NCBI GenBank assembly: GCA_964544475.1
Contig: CAZJBS010000027.1
Span: forward strand, 1 to 41,273
Length of the DNA stretch: 41,273 nucleotides
From: an uncultured Bacteroidota bacterium
GTDB lineage: Bacteria > CLD3 > SB21
Reading direction: 5' to 3'
Positions 8,222 through 18,550 of this stretch are shown piece by piece (position 1 is the first letter of the stretch; each line of letters opens with the position of its first letter). Both the position numbers and the translations under genes were made by a program. The notes below the pieces were generated by a model that had not been told where the DNA came from, searched no databases, and was given only the letters and a program-made list of their open reading frames with translations.

Positions 8222-9763
8222 ATGAAGGAACTCCATCCCGAAGATATCCGACAACTGCAATCGCTTGGCATTTCTGAAGAGAAATTCCGATCGGACCTTC
8301 ATGCGCTCAGCGTGGGATTCCCGTCGCAGTCTCTCGATCGTTCCTGCACCATCAACGACGGCATTCGCCGCCTGGATGAGAGTCAATTGGTTCACTATGG
8401 GGCCATTTTTGATCGGGCGGCGTCGGCCGGGCGCGTGAGCCGGTTCGTCCCCGCCAGCGGAGCGGCGACCCGCATGTTTCAACATGTACTCGCTCTCCTG
8501 AACCAACATGCCCGCATCACAGCTCGCGTCCTGGCAGAATCAACCGACGACGCCGTCGCCACCGCGCAATTGGTGAATCGAATCGAACAACTCGCGGTCT
8601 ATGAAGCCTTGCAGGCCAACTTGGCAGCGGATGGGTTGTCATGGCAAGACTACTACCGGACCGACGACGTGGCGCCTCTGCTTGAACGACTGTTAACCCG
8701 GAAAGGGCTGGGACTGGTATCCCGCCCAAAAGCCCTGATTCCGTTTCACCGCTACGAAGACCACAGCCGCACGGCCCTCGAAGAACATGTCGCGGAAGCC
8801 GCCGACATCGCTGTCGACCGGCACGGCGTATGTCGGTTGCACATCACGTCCTCGGAGGAACACGTTCCGGCCTTTCTGGAAATCATATCCCGAATGAACC
8901 TGGATTATCGTACGAAAGGCATTCATCTCGATATATCTCTGTCAACGCAAAAGACGTCGACCGACACACCCGCCGTATTTGACAACCTGGAACCGGTCCG
9001 TGACGACGGGGGCCGATTGGTTTTGCGGCCTGCAGGTCATGGCGCTCTTCTGGCAAACCTCAATGATATCGCCGGCGATATTGTCTTCATCAAGAACATC
9101 GACAATGTCGTCCATGATCGGTTGAAGGGGGAGACGATTCGTTACAAGAAGGCCTTGGGAGGTTTATTGGTGGCATTGCAGGAACGTGTTTTTGCATACA
9201 TCCATTCGCTGGACGAGGGCGCGGATGAGTCGTTGGTGGCCCAGATCGAGGCGTTTTGCCGGAAAGAACTGGGAGCGGTCCCACACCAAGCCCAGACGGC
9301 GGCGAGCCGCAAGGATGCGTTGAAGCGGTTACTCGATCGGCCTTTGCGGGTTTGCGGCATGGTCAAAAACCAGGGTGAACCCGGCGGCGGGCCCTTTTGG
9401 GTCATATCGCCAGGCGGAGGGGTGACCCTGCAGATTGTCGAAAAATCACAGGTGGATATGGCCGATCCCGAGCAACGGCGGCGGTTCGAGTCTTCCACAC
9501 ACTTCAATCCTGTCGACCTCGTGTGCGCGATGCGGGACTACCGTGGGCGCCCATTCGATCTGTCCCTTTTTGTCGATCCGGCCAGCGGCTTTGTGGCGTC
9601 CAAGTCGTACCACGGACGTCCGATCAGGGCGTTGGAGTTGCCCGGGCTATGGAATGGTTCCATGGCCCATTGGAACACGGTCTTTGTGGAGGTTCCCCAA
9701 ATCACCTTCAATCCCGTCAAAACGATCAACGATCTCCTGCGCCCGGAACACCAACCGTCATAG
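8222..9763 (+). CDS. Large hypothetical protein (DUF4301-like) with UDP-sugar pyrophosphorylase-like motifs
   Basis: 513 aa. RFVPASGAATRM (GGxGT-like nucleotide loop) and RPAGHGALLANLNDIAGDIVFIKNIDNV (resembles PGGHGD...NxDN of the UDPGP family). Family assignment is from memory. Confidence 0.5.
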   Translation: MKELHPEDIRQLQSLGISEEKFRSDLHALSVGFPSQSLDRSCTINDGIRRLDESQLVHYGAIFDRAASAGRVSRFVPASGAATRMFQHVLALLNQHARITARVLAESTDDAVATAQLVNRIEQLAVYEALQANLAADGLSWQDYYRTDDVAPLLERLLTRKGLGLVSRPKALIPFHRYEDHSRTALEEHVAEAADIAVDRHGVCRLHITSSEEHVPAFLEIISRMNLDYRTKGIHLDISLSTQKTSTDTPAVFDNLEPVRDDGGRLVLRPAGHGALLANLNDIAGDIVFIKNIDNVVHDRLKGETIRYKKALGGLLVALQERVFAYIHSLDEGADESLVAQIEAFCRKELGAVPHQAQTAASRKDALKRLLDRPLRVCGMVKNQGEPGGGPFWVISPGGGVTLQIVEKSQVDMADPEQRRRFESSTHFNPVDLVCAMRDYRGRPFDLSLFVDPASGFVASKSYHGRPIRALELPGLWNGSMAHWNTVFVEVPQITFNPVKTINDLLRPEHQPS

Positions 9764-10618
9764 AGGGAAAAGCCTCATCGCATTGTCATAAACGATTTTC
9801 TGTTTTGCATCGTCGCCCAGCGGCAGTGCCAGAAATTCGTCGGCGTTCTTTCGGATATCCTCCACCAGCGGCCCGGGCCAGTCCGTACCAAACAGGACTT
9901 TGTCTTTCACTTCCTCCAGTCTCGGAAAATAGTCGGTCAATAATTTCTTTGGCGGGATGGAGGAAATATCCATCAGCAGATTGGGATGCCGGCGCAACAG
10001 ATAGAAGGCCGTATCCATCCACAATGGACGGCCCCCATGAGCCATGATGATCTTCAATTTTGGAAAATCCACCGCCATGTCGTCCAGGTATATGGGATCT
10101 CCATACTTGATGCGCGCCCCGGAAAAAAATGACGTACCCGTGTGCACCATGACGGGAATACCCCACTCTTCACATCGCCGGTACACGATTTCCAGGTTCT
10201 TCATCCCATTCAGATAGTCGTTAGGATAGAAAAGCTGATGGGGCGGATGGATCTTGATGGCCCGTATACCGAGATCGTGGATCAACCGATGCATCTCCGC
10301 ATCCGCATCTTCGACGAATCTCGGGTGTACCGACCCAAACGCAATAAACCGGTCCGGCGCATGGCTTTGGTATTCCGCTGAGAAATCATTGGACGACGCG
10401 TCGAACCCCATGAGGTCAGGACTCACATAGTTGATCAAACCGACGCGGGTAATTCCGCCTTCATCCATCAGGCCAATCAAAGCGGATGGGTCCTTCATCA
10501 GACGCATCAGGGCATCAAAGTTGTACTTGCCTTGACTCATACGATTGAGAATGGCCGGCTTCAATTGCCACCACGGCTGAATATGAATGTGAATGTCGAT
10601 AATCCCGGGAGGCGTCAT
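9758..10618 (-). CDS. Amidohydrolase-2 family TIM-barrel metal-dependent hydrolase
   Basis: 286 aa. N-terminal IDIHIHI (HxH metal site), HTG, MAHGG, FGTDWP motifs. 6-nt gap from the upstream sensor kinase gene. Confidence 0.75.
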   Translation of the reverse strand: MTPPGIIDIHIHIQPWWQLKPAILNRMSQGKYNFDALMRLMKDPSALIGLMDEGGITRVGLINYVSPDLMGFDASSNDFSAEYQSHAPDRFIAFGSVHPRFVEDADAEMHRLIHDLGIRAIKIHPPHQLFYPNDYLNGMKNLEIVYRRCEEWGIPVMVHTGTSFFSGARIKYGDPIYLDDMAVDFPKLKIIMAHGGRPLWMDTAFYLLRRHPNLLMDISSIPPKKLLTDYFPRLEEVKDKVLFGTDWPGPLVEDIRKNADEFLALPLGDDAKQKIVYDNAMRLFPL

Positions 10619-10624
10619 GATCGG

Positions 10625-13600
10625 TCAACTCGCTGCCCTGGCGGCGGTTTGAGACATGCCGCGGACGGGAAAACTTGTGGTGATGGGAAGCCGAATGGAA
10701 AATTCACTGCCCTCCTTTTCGCGGCTTCGAACATCAATCGTACCATGGTGTTTTTGAATGATCCCGAATGTTTCGGCCAGACCGAGGCCGGCGCCTTCAC
10801 CAACCCGCTTGGTGGTGAAGAACGGATCAAAAATCCTGGCTCGAACTGCCGCGGTCATGCCGACGCCATTGTCGGAAATGGTGACCCGAAGCGCCTTCTG
10901 ATCCTCCAGGTATTCCGTGCGAATCACGACACGGCCATCCCCGTATTTCAGCAGTCCGCCTTTTTCAGCCGTCATCACGGCGTCCACGGCATTCTCCAGG
11001 ATATTGATGAAAGCCTGGTTCAGTTCCGCCACGTGGCAGACCATCTTTGGCAATGCCCCAAACTCCGTTTCGATGGGAACGTGCGTCTGCTTGCGCATGA
11101 GCAATTCGATCACGATGGAAAGATTCATGTTGAGATCCGTTTCGCGGAGACCCTGGAACTCCGCGCTGCTGAAAAGACGCAGCCGCTTGACGATATTCAG
11201 AATCCGGGTGCTGCCCTCGGTGGCGCTCCGAAACATGTCTTCGACATCTTTTTCGACAGAATCATAGTCGACCATACGTTTGAATTTTTCAACGCGGGCC
11301 CTTTCAGCGGAGTCGTCGACCTGCGGCACATAGCGTTCATGAAGATACTTCAAGAACAGGAAAAGATGCTGTATGCGTTCATGCAAAAGTTGGAGGTTGG
11401 AATGGACAAAGGTCAGAGGGTTGTTGATCTCATGGGCCAGTCCGGCCACCATATTGGCGAGGGAATCCAGTTTGGCCGATTGGACCAGTTGGACCTGGGC
11501 GCGCTTGAGTTCATCCATGGTCGATCGTAACTCCTCCGTGCGGGCCTCCACTTTCCGCTCAAGATCCTGTTTTTGACGTTCAAGGGATGTCAATCTCTGG
11601 CGAACCAATCCAACCGCCAAGCCGATGATCGCGACCAGAACGACGAGCCGAAACCACCAGCGATTCCAAAACGCCGGATCGATGCGCAAGGCCACGGTGG
11701 CCACTTGTGGACTCCAGACTCCGTCGGAATTGGATCCTCTGACCATGAAAACATACTCACCGGGATCGAGATTGGTGTACGTGGCTTCACGCCGGGTTGA
11801 TGCCGGCGTCCACGAGGAATCAAATCCTTTGAGCGTCCACGAAAAGCTGTTTTGTTCCGGCGCCGTGTATTCCAGACCGACGAACTCAAAACGGAGGTAA
11901 TTCTGCGAGTACGACAGCGTGAGGCCCCGGTCCGGCCAACCCCGAAAGATGGAATCCGTCGTCTGCACCGTGGTGAGGTGAACCTGAGGCCAAACCGGAT
12001 TATCGAGGACCTCGTTTGGATTAAAGAAATTCAAGCCGTTCGTACCTCCAAAGAAGATCTCGCCATGCTGGGACCGGTGGTAGGCGGATCGGTTGTATTC
12101 CCGTCCCTGCAGGCCGTCCGCGACGCCGTAATTTCGGAATTGCCGCTTTTGGCGGTCAAACCGGCTGAGGCCATTGTCCGTGCTGATCCACAGGATCCCT
12201 TCGGCGTCTTCGACGATGCCATAACAGTTGTCGTGGGCCAGACCGTCCGCCTCGGTGAATCGGTCGAACTTCCCTTCCTTTTCATCATACCGGGAGAGGC
12301 CTCCGCCTTTGGTGGCCACCCAAATGCTCCCGTCGCGCGACTGCATGACACACGCCACCAGACCAAAACCCACGCTCCGTGGATCGGTGTCACGGAATTC
12401 ATACTCACGAAGCGGCGTCTCGCGGTCATCTTCCGCCATCAGCAACTGCGTGCCCGTCCCCATCCAGACCCGACCTTTGGAATCCTGAAAAATCGACTGG
12501 ACGTCCCGACGGTCGGCTGAAATGGTCGTTTCATAGTATCGTGTCACGAGTTTTCGATCGGCCGAAATGATGGCCACGCCGTGGCCTTCCGTCCCGAGCC
12601 AAAGCCGGCCCGTGCGGTCTTCCATCACCGCCTGCACGCCGCTGAGGAGGCTGTCGTGACGGAATTCCCTAAAAACCGGTTTCGCCGTATTTTCCACAAA
12701 ATACAGATGATCGCTCTCTTTACATCCGATCCACAACACGCCTTTGGAGTCCTGAAAGAGAGCCCACACTTTGTTGCTCATGATTGAGCCGCCAGTGGCC
12801 GGCGAATATTGGAATCGCCGAACCGAACGAGTCGCGCGGTCGACGCGATTCAGCCCGCCGTATTGCGTGCCAACCCACAGGATCCCCGACTTGTCGACCC
12901 AGATGCCCCGAATGAAACTATTGCTGAGCGTGTTGGCTTCCCATTGGTCGTGGCGAAGCAGTCCAAACTTGGTTCGAAATTTCGCAAACTTACTCAACCC
13001 AAACGACGCATCACCAAACCACAGAACGCCGGAACGATCCTCGGCCACGGTGAAGACCACATTGCCGGCCAGGCTCTTGGGGTCTTTCCCGTTGGAAACG
13101 ATATGTCGTTCCGAATGCGTCAACATGTTGATCTGAAAAACCCCGTCGTCAGAGCCAATCCACAGCAGGCTGTCCTGCAACAATGAAATATGAAAGATCG
13201 TGACGGCATGGCCTGTGACGGGGCTGAGAGCCCGTGACAACATGGTCACGCCGGCTTTGCCGGACCGCCAATCCCACTGGATGACACCTCCGTCAGGCCC
13301 GATGATCCAAATCGAATCGCGGTGCAAGGCCAATTGCTTCCCAAAATAGAATGGAATCGAACTCGTGTCTCTTCTCAGTACAACGGCGGGTTGGCCGGGA
13401 ATTCGATGGTACAACGTTCTCGAAATTTTGTCCGCCTGGCCGGCCACGGGCATACTTCCCAAGTACCACAATCCGTTTCCACCGTCGGTAACCAGACTGT
13501 AGATGATCTCTCCGGCATGGTCGCGCACAAAAACACCCTGACCGGCATCGAACCGGTTCAGACCATCGTGTGTGCCCACCCAGATGTCGCCATCCGCCGT

Positions 13601-14038
13601 TTCGCAGATGGACTCCACTTGATGGTCGGAAATAGAGGAAGGATTCCCGGGTTCATGAAGGAAGCGCCTGAACGTGAGGCGCCGGGAATCGAAGAGGTTG
13701 AGTCCTCGCCCCGTGCCCACCCACAGCCGACCCTCACGATCTTCCATCAAAGCCTGGACAAAATTGGAAGACAGGGATGTACTGTCACCAGGACGGGTTC
13801 GAAACCAGGCGAAAGACAATCCGTCGTACCGGTTGAGACCATCCTCGGTACCGATCCACATATACCCGTCATGGTCCTGAAGAATGGCGCGCACGGCGCC
13901 ATGCGACAGGCCTTGTTCAATGGAAAATCTCTCAAAAGAAAACGCACCCGATTGGGCTGCGGCCGGATTGGTCCAGGCTCCCAACACAAGAACCACAACA
14001 CGCAGCGCCCAACCCGCGATAGCAAATCCCCTTTTCAT
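10625..14038 (-). CDS. Sensor histidine kinase with periplasmic two-component-regulator beta-propeller repeats and Y_Y_Y domain (no receiver domain)
   Basis: 1137 aa. Signal peptide; about 14 repeats with the W(I/V)GT..GL..(F/Y)D pattern; Y_Y_Y-like region ([11 protein letters not shown]); TM ([19 protein letters not shown]); coiled coil; HisKA ([11 protein letters not shown]); HATPase ([16 protein letters not shown]). Confidence 0.9.
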   Translation of the reverse strand: MKRGFAIAGWALRVVVLVLGAWTNPAAAQSGAFSFERFSIEQGLSHGAVRAILQDHDGYMWIGTEDGLNRYDGLSFAWFRTRPGDSTSLSSNFVQALMEDREGRLWVGTGRGLNLFDSRRLTFRRFLHEPGNPSSISDHQVESICETADGDIWVGTHDGLNRFDAGQGVFVRDHAGEIIYSLVTDGGNGLWYLGSMPVAGQADKISRTLYHRIPGQPAVVLRRDTSSIPFYFGKQLALHRDSIWIIGPDGGVIQWDWRSGKAGVTMLSRALSPVTGHAVTIFHISLLQDSLLWIGSDDGVFQINMLTHSERHIVSNGKDPKSLAGNVVFTVAEDRSGVLWFGDASFGLSKFAKFRTKFGLLRHDQWEANTLSNSFIRGIWVDKSGILWVGTQYGGLNRVDRATRSVRRFQYSPATGGSIMSNKVWALFQDSKGVLWIGCKESDHLYFVENTAKPVFREFRHDSLLSGVQAVMEDRTGRLWLGTEGHGVAIISADRKLVTRYYETTISADRRDVQSIFQDSKGRVWMGTGTQLLMAEDDRETPLREYEFRDTDPRSVGFGLVACVMQSRDGSIWVATKGGGLSRYDEKEGKFDRFTEADGLAHDNCYGIVEDAEGILWISTDNGLSRFDRQKRQFRNYGVADGLQGREYNRSAYHRSQHGEIFFGGTNGLNFFNPNEVLDNPVWPQVHLTTVQTTDSIFRGWPDRGLTLSYSQNYLRFEFVGLEYTAPEQNSFSWTLKGFDSSWTPASTRREATYTNLDPGEYVFMVRGSNSDGVWSPQVATVALRIDPAFWNRWWFRLVVLVAIIGLAVGLVRQRLTSLERQKQDLERKVEARTEELRSTMDELKRAQVQLVQSAKLDSLANMVAGLAHEINNPLTFVHSNLQLLHERIQHLFLFLKYLHERYVPQVDDSAERARVEKFKRMVDYDSVEKDVEDMFRSATEGSTRILNIVKRLRLFSSAEFQGLRETDLNMNLSIVIELLMRKQTHVPIETEFGALPKMVCHVAELNQAFINILENAVDAVMTAEKGGLLKYGDGRVVIRTEYLEDQKALRVTISDNGVGMTAAVRARIFDPFFTTKRVGEGAGLGLAETFGIIQKHHGTIDVRSREKEGSEFSIRLPITTSFPVRGMSQTAARAAS

Positions 14039-14340
14039 CAGGCCTGAAAACCAAACGTATTCTTGGGTTCGCTGGCCTCCTCGATCCGGCCAAACTGCTC
14101 TTCATAATGGCGCATGTTCTGTGCCAAAGCGGCGATAACCCGTTTCATATGCCCCGGGCTCATGATGACCCTGGATGTCACCGTACCGGAGGGCGGCGTC
14201 ACCAGCATGAAATCCAGGATGAATTCCTCTTTCGAGTGGGCGACGACCATGTTGTTGGCGTAAACACCTCCGACCTTGTCCGGTGGAAAGTTGATCTGGA
14301 TTTCCTGGATTTTCTTCTCGTCAGCCATGCCTTGCTCCAA
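14038..14340 (-). CDS. DUF3467 family small protein
   Basis: 100 aa (NFPPDKVGGVYANNMVVAHSKEEFILDFMLVTPP). Its stop overlaps the kinase ATG (TGATG). Alternative start at MADEKK (14328). Confidence 0.6.
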   Translation of the reverse strand: MEQGMADEKKIQEIQINFPPDKVGGVYANNMVVAHSKEEFILDFMLVTPPSGTVTSRVIMSPGHMKRVIAALAQNMRHYEEQFGRIEEASEPKNTFGFQA

Positions 14341-14380
14341 TGGTGTGGGTTTTAATGTGTGACGGCACTCAAAACGTGTT

Positions 14381-14920
14381 TCACGACGTTGTTTTTTCGC
14401 AGATTCTCTTCAGGTTTTCCAGACTTTGGTTTTGCAGGTGGGACCCACCCAGCCTTGCGGCAACGGCCTTCAGAGACCCGAAGAAACCGGAAAAACGGAG
14501 TTCTTCTTTGAGGATGGCCTTGGTGGAATACTCGTTTTCTTTCACCATGACAATCTCTCCCGCCAAACCATGTATCGGTCCGCCGTCCACCTCATATATG
14601 ATAAGGTCGGGCGCTTCCAAACGTACTACACGATAACGGACCTTCAGGTTCTCCGCCCCGCGGCGGGCCTTCGACACCATGCTGTCTATCCAAGGATCGG
14701 TTCCCCTGGTGAGGTCCGGATTGGTGGGAAAATCACCATACATGGCGATAAGATGCCAGTCCTGGATATCCTTGGCGCGTTCAAAAACATCCACCTTGGC
14801 CGCGGCGATAATCACCGTCGATTCGATACGACACGTATTGGGCAGGAACACGGCGGCCAACAGCGCTGCGGTACCCAGCAACAGACACAAAATCACGATG
14901 CGCTTGATGAAACGAAACAT
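14381..14920 (-). CDS. SRPBCC-like (polyketide cyclase/START-like) protein with N-terminal TM anchor
   Basis: Start taken at MFRFIKRIVILCLLLGTAALLAAVFL; the ORF is open to 14971. About 180 aa. Fold assignment is tentative. Confidence 0.45.
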   Translation of the reverse strand: MFRFIKRIVILCLLLGTAALLAAVFLPNTCRIESTVIIAAAKVDVFERAKDIQDWHLIAMYGDFPTNPDLTRGTDPWIDSMVSKARRGAENLKVRYRVVRLEAPDLIIYEVDGGPIHGLAGEIVMVKENEYSTKAILKEELRFSGFFGSLKAVAARLGGSHLQNQSLENLKRICEKTTS

Positions 14921-15093
14921 GAGAACCCGCTTCTTTGAATGGATATTAGACGGTTGACAACTCAAATACAAGCGTTTTCAGCCGTCACCCTCAGTCGGAA
15001 AGCGCCTTGAATTGATCCGTTCATATTCGTATCTTCACGGGTGATTGCCAATACCTGACGCGTGATTCCAAACCTACTTCACACAGGAGCCCT

Positions 15094-17271
15094 ATGGCGG
15101 AAGCACTGAGAACTACCCTTGCCAAGGCGTCGGAGACCGCGTCAGCCGACCAGATGATTGAGAAGGGCGAACTGGAAAGCAAAGATACCAGTACGCTTAC
15201 CCTCAAGAGTTTTGACAAACCCGACCATTTTCTAAATCGGGAACTGAGTTGGCTGGAATTCAACAATCGCGTTTTGGAAGAAGCGCAGGACCCCAACGTC
15301 CCCCTCGTGGAACGTATCAAGTTCCTGGCCATTTTCTCGACAAATCTGGATGAGTTTTTCATGGTGCGCGTCGCCGGTGTCCGACGTCAGATCGACGCCA
15401 ATGTCATGAGCAAGGGTCCCGACGGCATGCGCCCCTTGGAAGTCATGGACGCCATGAACCGGCGTATCCACGATCTCACAGCCCTTCAGCATGATTATTT
15501 TCTTGACATGCTGTTGCCACAGCTCAACCGGGAAGGCGTCTTTATTCTGAAGCCGGGTCAATTGTCGGCTGATCAGGTGGCCTATGCCAATGACTATTTC
15601 CGGCAGACGGTGATGACGATTCTGACCCCTCTGGCCATCGATCCCAGCCATCCTTTCCCGCACCTCGCCAACCGCGTCATTTGCCTCATGGTCGAAATGC
15701 GACCGGTCGCCGAAGGCCGTCTGCCGACAACCAATTTGGCCATCATCCCGATGTCGGTTTCGGCGATTCCAAGGTTCATCCGGTTGCCGTCGCCGGATGG
15801 CACGTACCATTTTATTCTCCTGGAAGATCTGATCCGACTCTTCATCGAGGAACTCTTCAAAGGCTATGAGATCAAGAATTGTTATACGATTCGGGTGACC
15901 CGCGATTCCGACCTCCAGTATGATGAGGATCCTTCTGAAGATCTTCTGAAAACCATCACGGAATCGTTACGAAACCGGCGCAAAGGTGCGGCCATCCGTA
16001 TCCAGTATGAGAAGGACCTCTCCGCGGCCTTGCTGAAGCAACTGGTTAATGAACTGGATCTGGCTCCGGAAGACCTCTACCCATCCCGCGGTTTCATAGC
16101 GTTTTCGGATCTTTGGAATCTCTACGGGCAACTTGATATGCCGCACCTGAAGGATCCGGCATTCCCACCCCAACCGGTGGCTGAATTTGAAACGGGCACC
16201 GATCTCTTCACGGTTATACGCGGCGGCGACGTCATGCTGCATCATCCGTATCAAAGCTTCAGCTACGTCACCCGCTTCATCCAGGAAGCGGCCGAAGATC
16301 CCAATGTGCTGGCAATCAAAATGACCTTGTACCGGATTACGGCCAACTCGTCGATCGCCAACGCCCTGCAGTTGGCCGCGGAAAGGGGAAAGCAGGTGGC
16401 CGTCCTGGTCGAACTCAAGGCGCGGTTTGACGAGGAATCCAATATTCAATGGGCCAAAAAACTGGAGGACGCCGGCGCCCACGTCATCTATGGCATGGCC
16501 GGCCTCAAAACCCATTGCAAAGTGTGCCTGATCGTCCGGCAGGAAGGCGCCAAAATCCGCCGCTATTGCCACCTCGGCACGGGCAACTACAACGACAGGA
16601 CTTCCCAAACGTACGGCGATCTCGGGCTGTTCACCAGCCACCCACGATTTGGCGAAGACCTGAGCAACCTCTTCAATGTCCTCACCGGATACGCAGCCCC
16701 GCCCCGTTTTCACCGCATCAAGATCGCACCAACCGAATTGCGTGACGTTTTTATTTCGCGAATCCGTCGCGAAATATCCCATGTCCGGGATGGCAAATCG
16801 GGCCTCATCATCGCCAAAATGAATTCCCTGGTCGACCGCCAGATCATCCTGGAACTCTACCGCGCAAGTCAGGCCGGCGTGCAGATCAAATTCATCATCC
16901 GCGGCATATGCTGTTTGAAACCCGGTGTCAAAGGCCTGAGTGAAAATATCGAGGTGGTCAGCATTGTCGACCGGTTCCTGGAACATGCCCGCATTTTCTA
17001 TTTTCAAAACGACGGCCAACCCGAGTATTTCATGGCCAGCTCCGATTGGATGCCGCGCAACCTTGATCAGCGCATCGAGGTGCTCTTCCCGATCAAGGAA
17101 CCAAAATACCAGCAAATGCTGTGGAACATACTTCAGACCCAATGGACCGACAATGTCAAAGCTCGGCGCATCATGCCTGATGGCAGTTGTGTGCGGGTGA
17201 AAAACGAAAAAAAGAAGATCCGGTCCCAGCAGGTGCTCTACGAACTCGCCGTCAAGAACCAATACTATTGA
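15094..17271 (+). CDS. ppk: Polyphosphate kinase 1
   Basis: 725 aa. Hallmark PPK1 motifs FSTNLDEFFMVRVAG, ELKARFDEE(S)N, two PLD-like HKD regions. RBS AGGAG precedes the ATG. Confidence 0.95.
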   Translation: MAEALRTTLAKASETASADQMIEKGELESKDTSTLTLKSFDKPDHFLNRELSWLEFNNRVLEEAQDPNVPLVERIKFLAIFSTNLDEFFMVRVAGVRRQIDANVMSKGPDGMRPLEVMDAMNRRIHDLTALQHDYFLDMLLPQLNREGVFILKPGQLSADQVAYANDYFRQTVMTILTPLAIDPSHPFPHLANRVICLMVEMRPVAEGRLPTTNLAIIPMSVSAIPRFIRLPSPDGTYHFILLEDLIRLFIEELFKGYEIKNCYTIRVTRDSDLQYDEDPSEDLLKTITESLRNRRKGAAIRIQYEKDLSAALLKQLVNELDLAPEDLYPSRGFIAFSDLWNLYGQLDMPHLKDPAFPPQPVAEFETGTDLFTVIRGGDVMLHHPYQSFSYVTRFIQEAAEDPNVLAIKMTLYRITANSSIANALQLAAERGKQVAVLVELKARFDEESNIQWAKKLEDAGAHVIYGMAGLKTHCKVCLIVRQEGAKIRRYCHLGTGNYNDRTSQTYGDLGLFTSHPRFGEDLSNLFNVLTGYAAPPRFHRIKIAPTELRDVFISRIRREISHVRDGKSGLIIAKMNSLVDRQIILELYRASQAGVQIKFIIRGICCLKPGVKGLSENIEVVSIVDRFLEHARIFYFQNDGQPEYFMASSDWMPRNLDQRIEVLFPIKEPKYQQMLWNILQTQWTDNVKARRIMPDGSCVRVKNEKKKIRSQQVLYELAVKNQYY

Positions 17272-17281
17272 CATCCTCCGC

Positions 17282-17300
17282 CGCCAGGCGGCGGGAGAAT
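17282..17300. terminator. GC-rich hairpin between convergent ppk and rsgA (possible bidirectional terminator, no T-tract)
   Basis: CCGCCG-ccagg-CGGCGG, a 6-7 bp GC stem with a 5-nt loop, in the 33-nt gap between convergent genes. Confidence 0.3.
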
Positions 17301-17304
17301 ACCG

Positions 17305-18549
17305 TCAGGCGAGGTTCTCCAGGATTTTCAGATAGTTTTGATAACGCTCATCGCTCAGTTCATTCTGAGCCACGGCGTCCCGAACTTTGCAGCCGGGCTC
17401 TTCCGCATGGTTGCAGTGCGGTGACGCGCATTGGTTATTGATCAATCGAAATTCCCGGAAATATTTTTTCAGATCTCGTTTGAGGATGCCATACAGTTCG
17501 TACTCACGGATCCCCGGCGTATCGATCACCATGCCCCCGCCTTCCAGCCGGATGGCGCGGACCGCCCGAGTCTCCACATATTCATCGATGACGACATTCT
17601 CGTCTTCGGCGACCATCTCATCACCGTCCGGCATTTCGATGGACAGCGCACGGGCTGTGATGGATCGGATCAATTCCGTTTTGCCGCATCCCATGTGGCC
17701 GGTGACCACAGTCACCTTGCCCTTCAGAATGGACTTTAGATCATTGATGTATGTCGGGAGAACTGACGAATAATGGAGTATCCGATATCCCATGCGTCGG
17801 TACACATCCAACTGATCCATGAAGCTGTTATCATCCGCCAGGTCGATCTTGGTGCAGCATAGGACCGGCTTGAATCCTTTCTTTTCGCAGACGACCAAAT
17901 GACGATCCAGCCAGTCGGTTCTCAAAACCGGCTCTTTGACGGACACCACAAGAAGGATTTGATTCACGTTGCACGCCTGGACCGTTTCGTTTCGTTGTTC
18001 CTTCATGAATGGTGTGATGACGGTATTTTGACGGGGGTCGTACCGGTCGATCACCGCTTTTCCATCCGGGAAAACCATGACTTTGACCTGATCGCCGACA
18101 TACAACGGACCCTGAGGTTGGAGGCCTTCACGCACGGTACAGGTCATATCCTGTTGATCGACAAAAACCGTGTAACGACCGTGATCGACCACGGCCAGCG
18201 TCCCGGAAATGCTCTTGGCACGTGCCGGCAATTTGACGGATTCCCGGCGCTCGGGCTTTCTTTGGTCGCGCACATCCTTACCCGACTTGCGTTCCTGGTC
18301 TTTAGTACCACGCTGGTCCTTATGGCGGTGCTTGTTTTGAAACGGATTTCTCCCAGGCCGTGGTTCCGGTTTCTTTTCGGGACGTTTTTCGGCTTGTTTT
18401 TGTTTTTCTTTATGAACGTTCTGAGGACGGGACTCCGGCTTATCCTGACGGGTGCCGCCGTCGGTTTTGGGTGGGTTCTTTTTGGCCTCTGTCAGCTTTC
18501 GGTTGAGATCGTCGAGGTACTTCTTGGTCCAGTCGTTATTCTCGGCCAT
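17305..18549 (-). CDS. rsgA: Ribosome small-subunit-dependent GTPase A (RsgA/YjeQ) with a long basic N-terminal extension
   Basis: Start at MAENNDWTKK (ATG 18547-18549, AAGGA upstream). Circularly permuted GTPase (VVTGHMGCGKTE, IDTPG). C-terminal Zn finger CASPHCNHAEEPGC. About 130 aa of K/R/E/Q-rich low-complexity sequence precede the OB fold. Confidence 0.85.
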   Translation of the reverse strand: MAENNDWTKKYLDDLNRKLTEAKKNPPKTDGGTRQDKPESRPQNVHKEKQKQAEKRPEKKPEPRPGRNPFQNKHRHKDQRGTKDQERKSGKDVRDQRKPERRESVKLPARAKSISGTLAVVDHGRYTVFVDQQDMTCTVREGLQPQGPLYVGDQVKVMVFPDGKAVIDRYDPRQNTVITPFMKEQRNETVQACNVNQILLVVSVKEPVLRTDWLDRHLVVCEKKGFKPVLCCTKIDLADDNSFMDQLDVYRRMGYRILHYSSVLPTYINDLKSILKGKVTVVTGHMGCGKTELIRSITARALSIEMPDGDEMVAEDENVVIDEYVETRAVRAIRLEGGGMVIDTPGIREYELYGILKRDLKKYFREFRLINNQCASPHCNHAEEPGCKVRDAVAQNELSDERYQNYLKILENLA

Positions 18550-18550
18550 G

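Noticed and set aside
10532-11530. 332-aa + strand ORF
   Set aside because: Antisense to the propeller sensor kinase, whose HisKA/HATPase motifs are unambiguous. No motifs, no RBS.
15967-17274. 435-aa minus-strand ORF
   Set aside because: Entirely antisense to ppk1, which has hallmark motifs. A shadow ORF.
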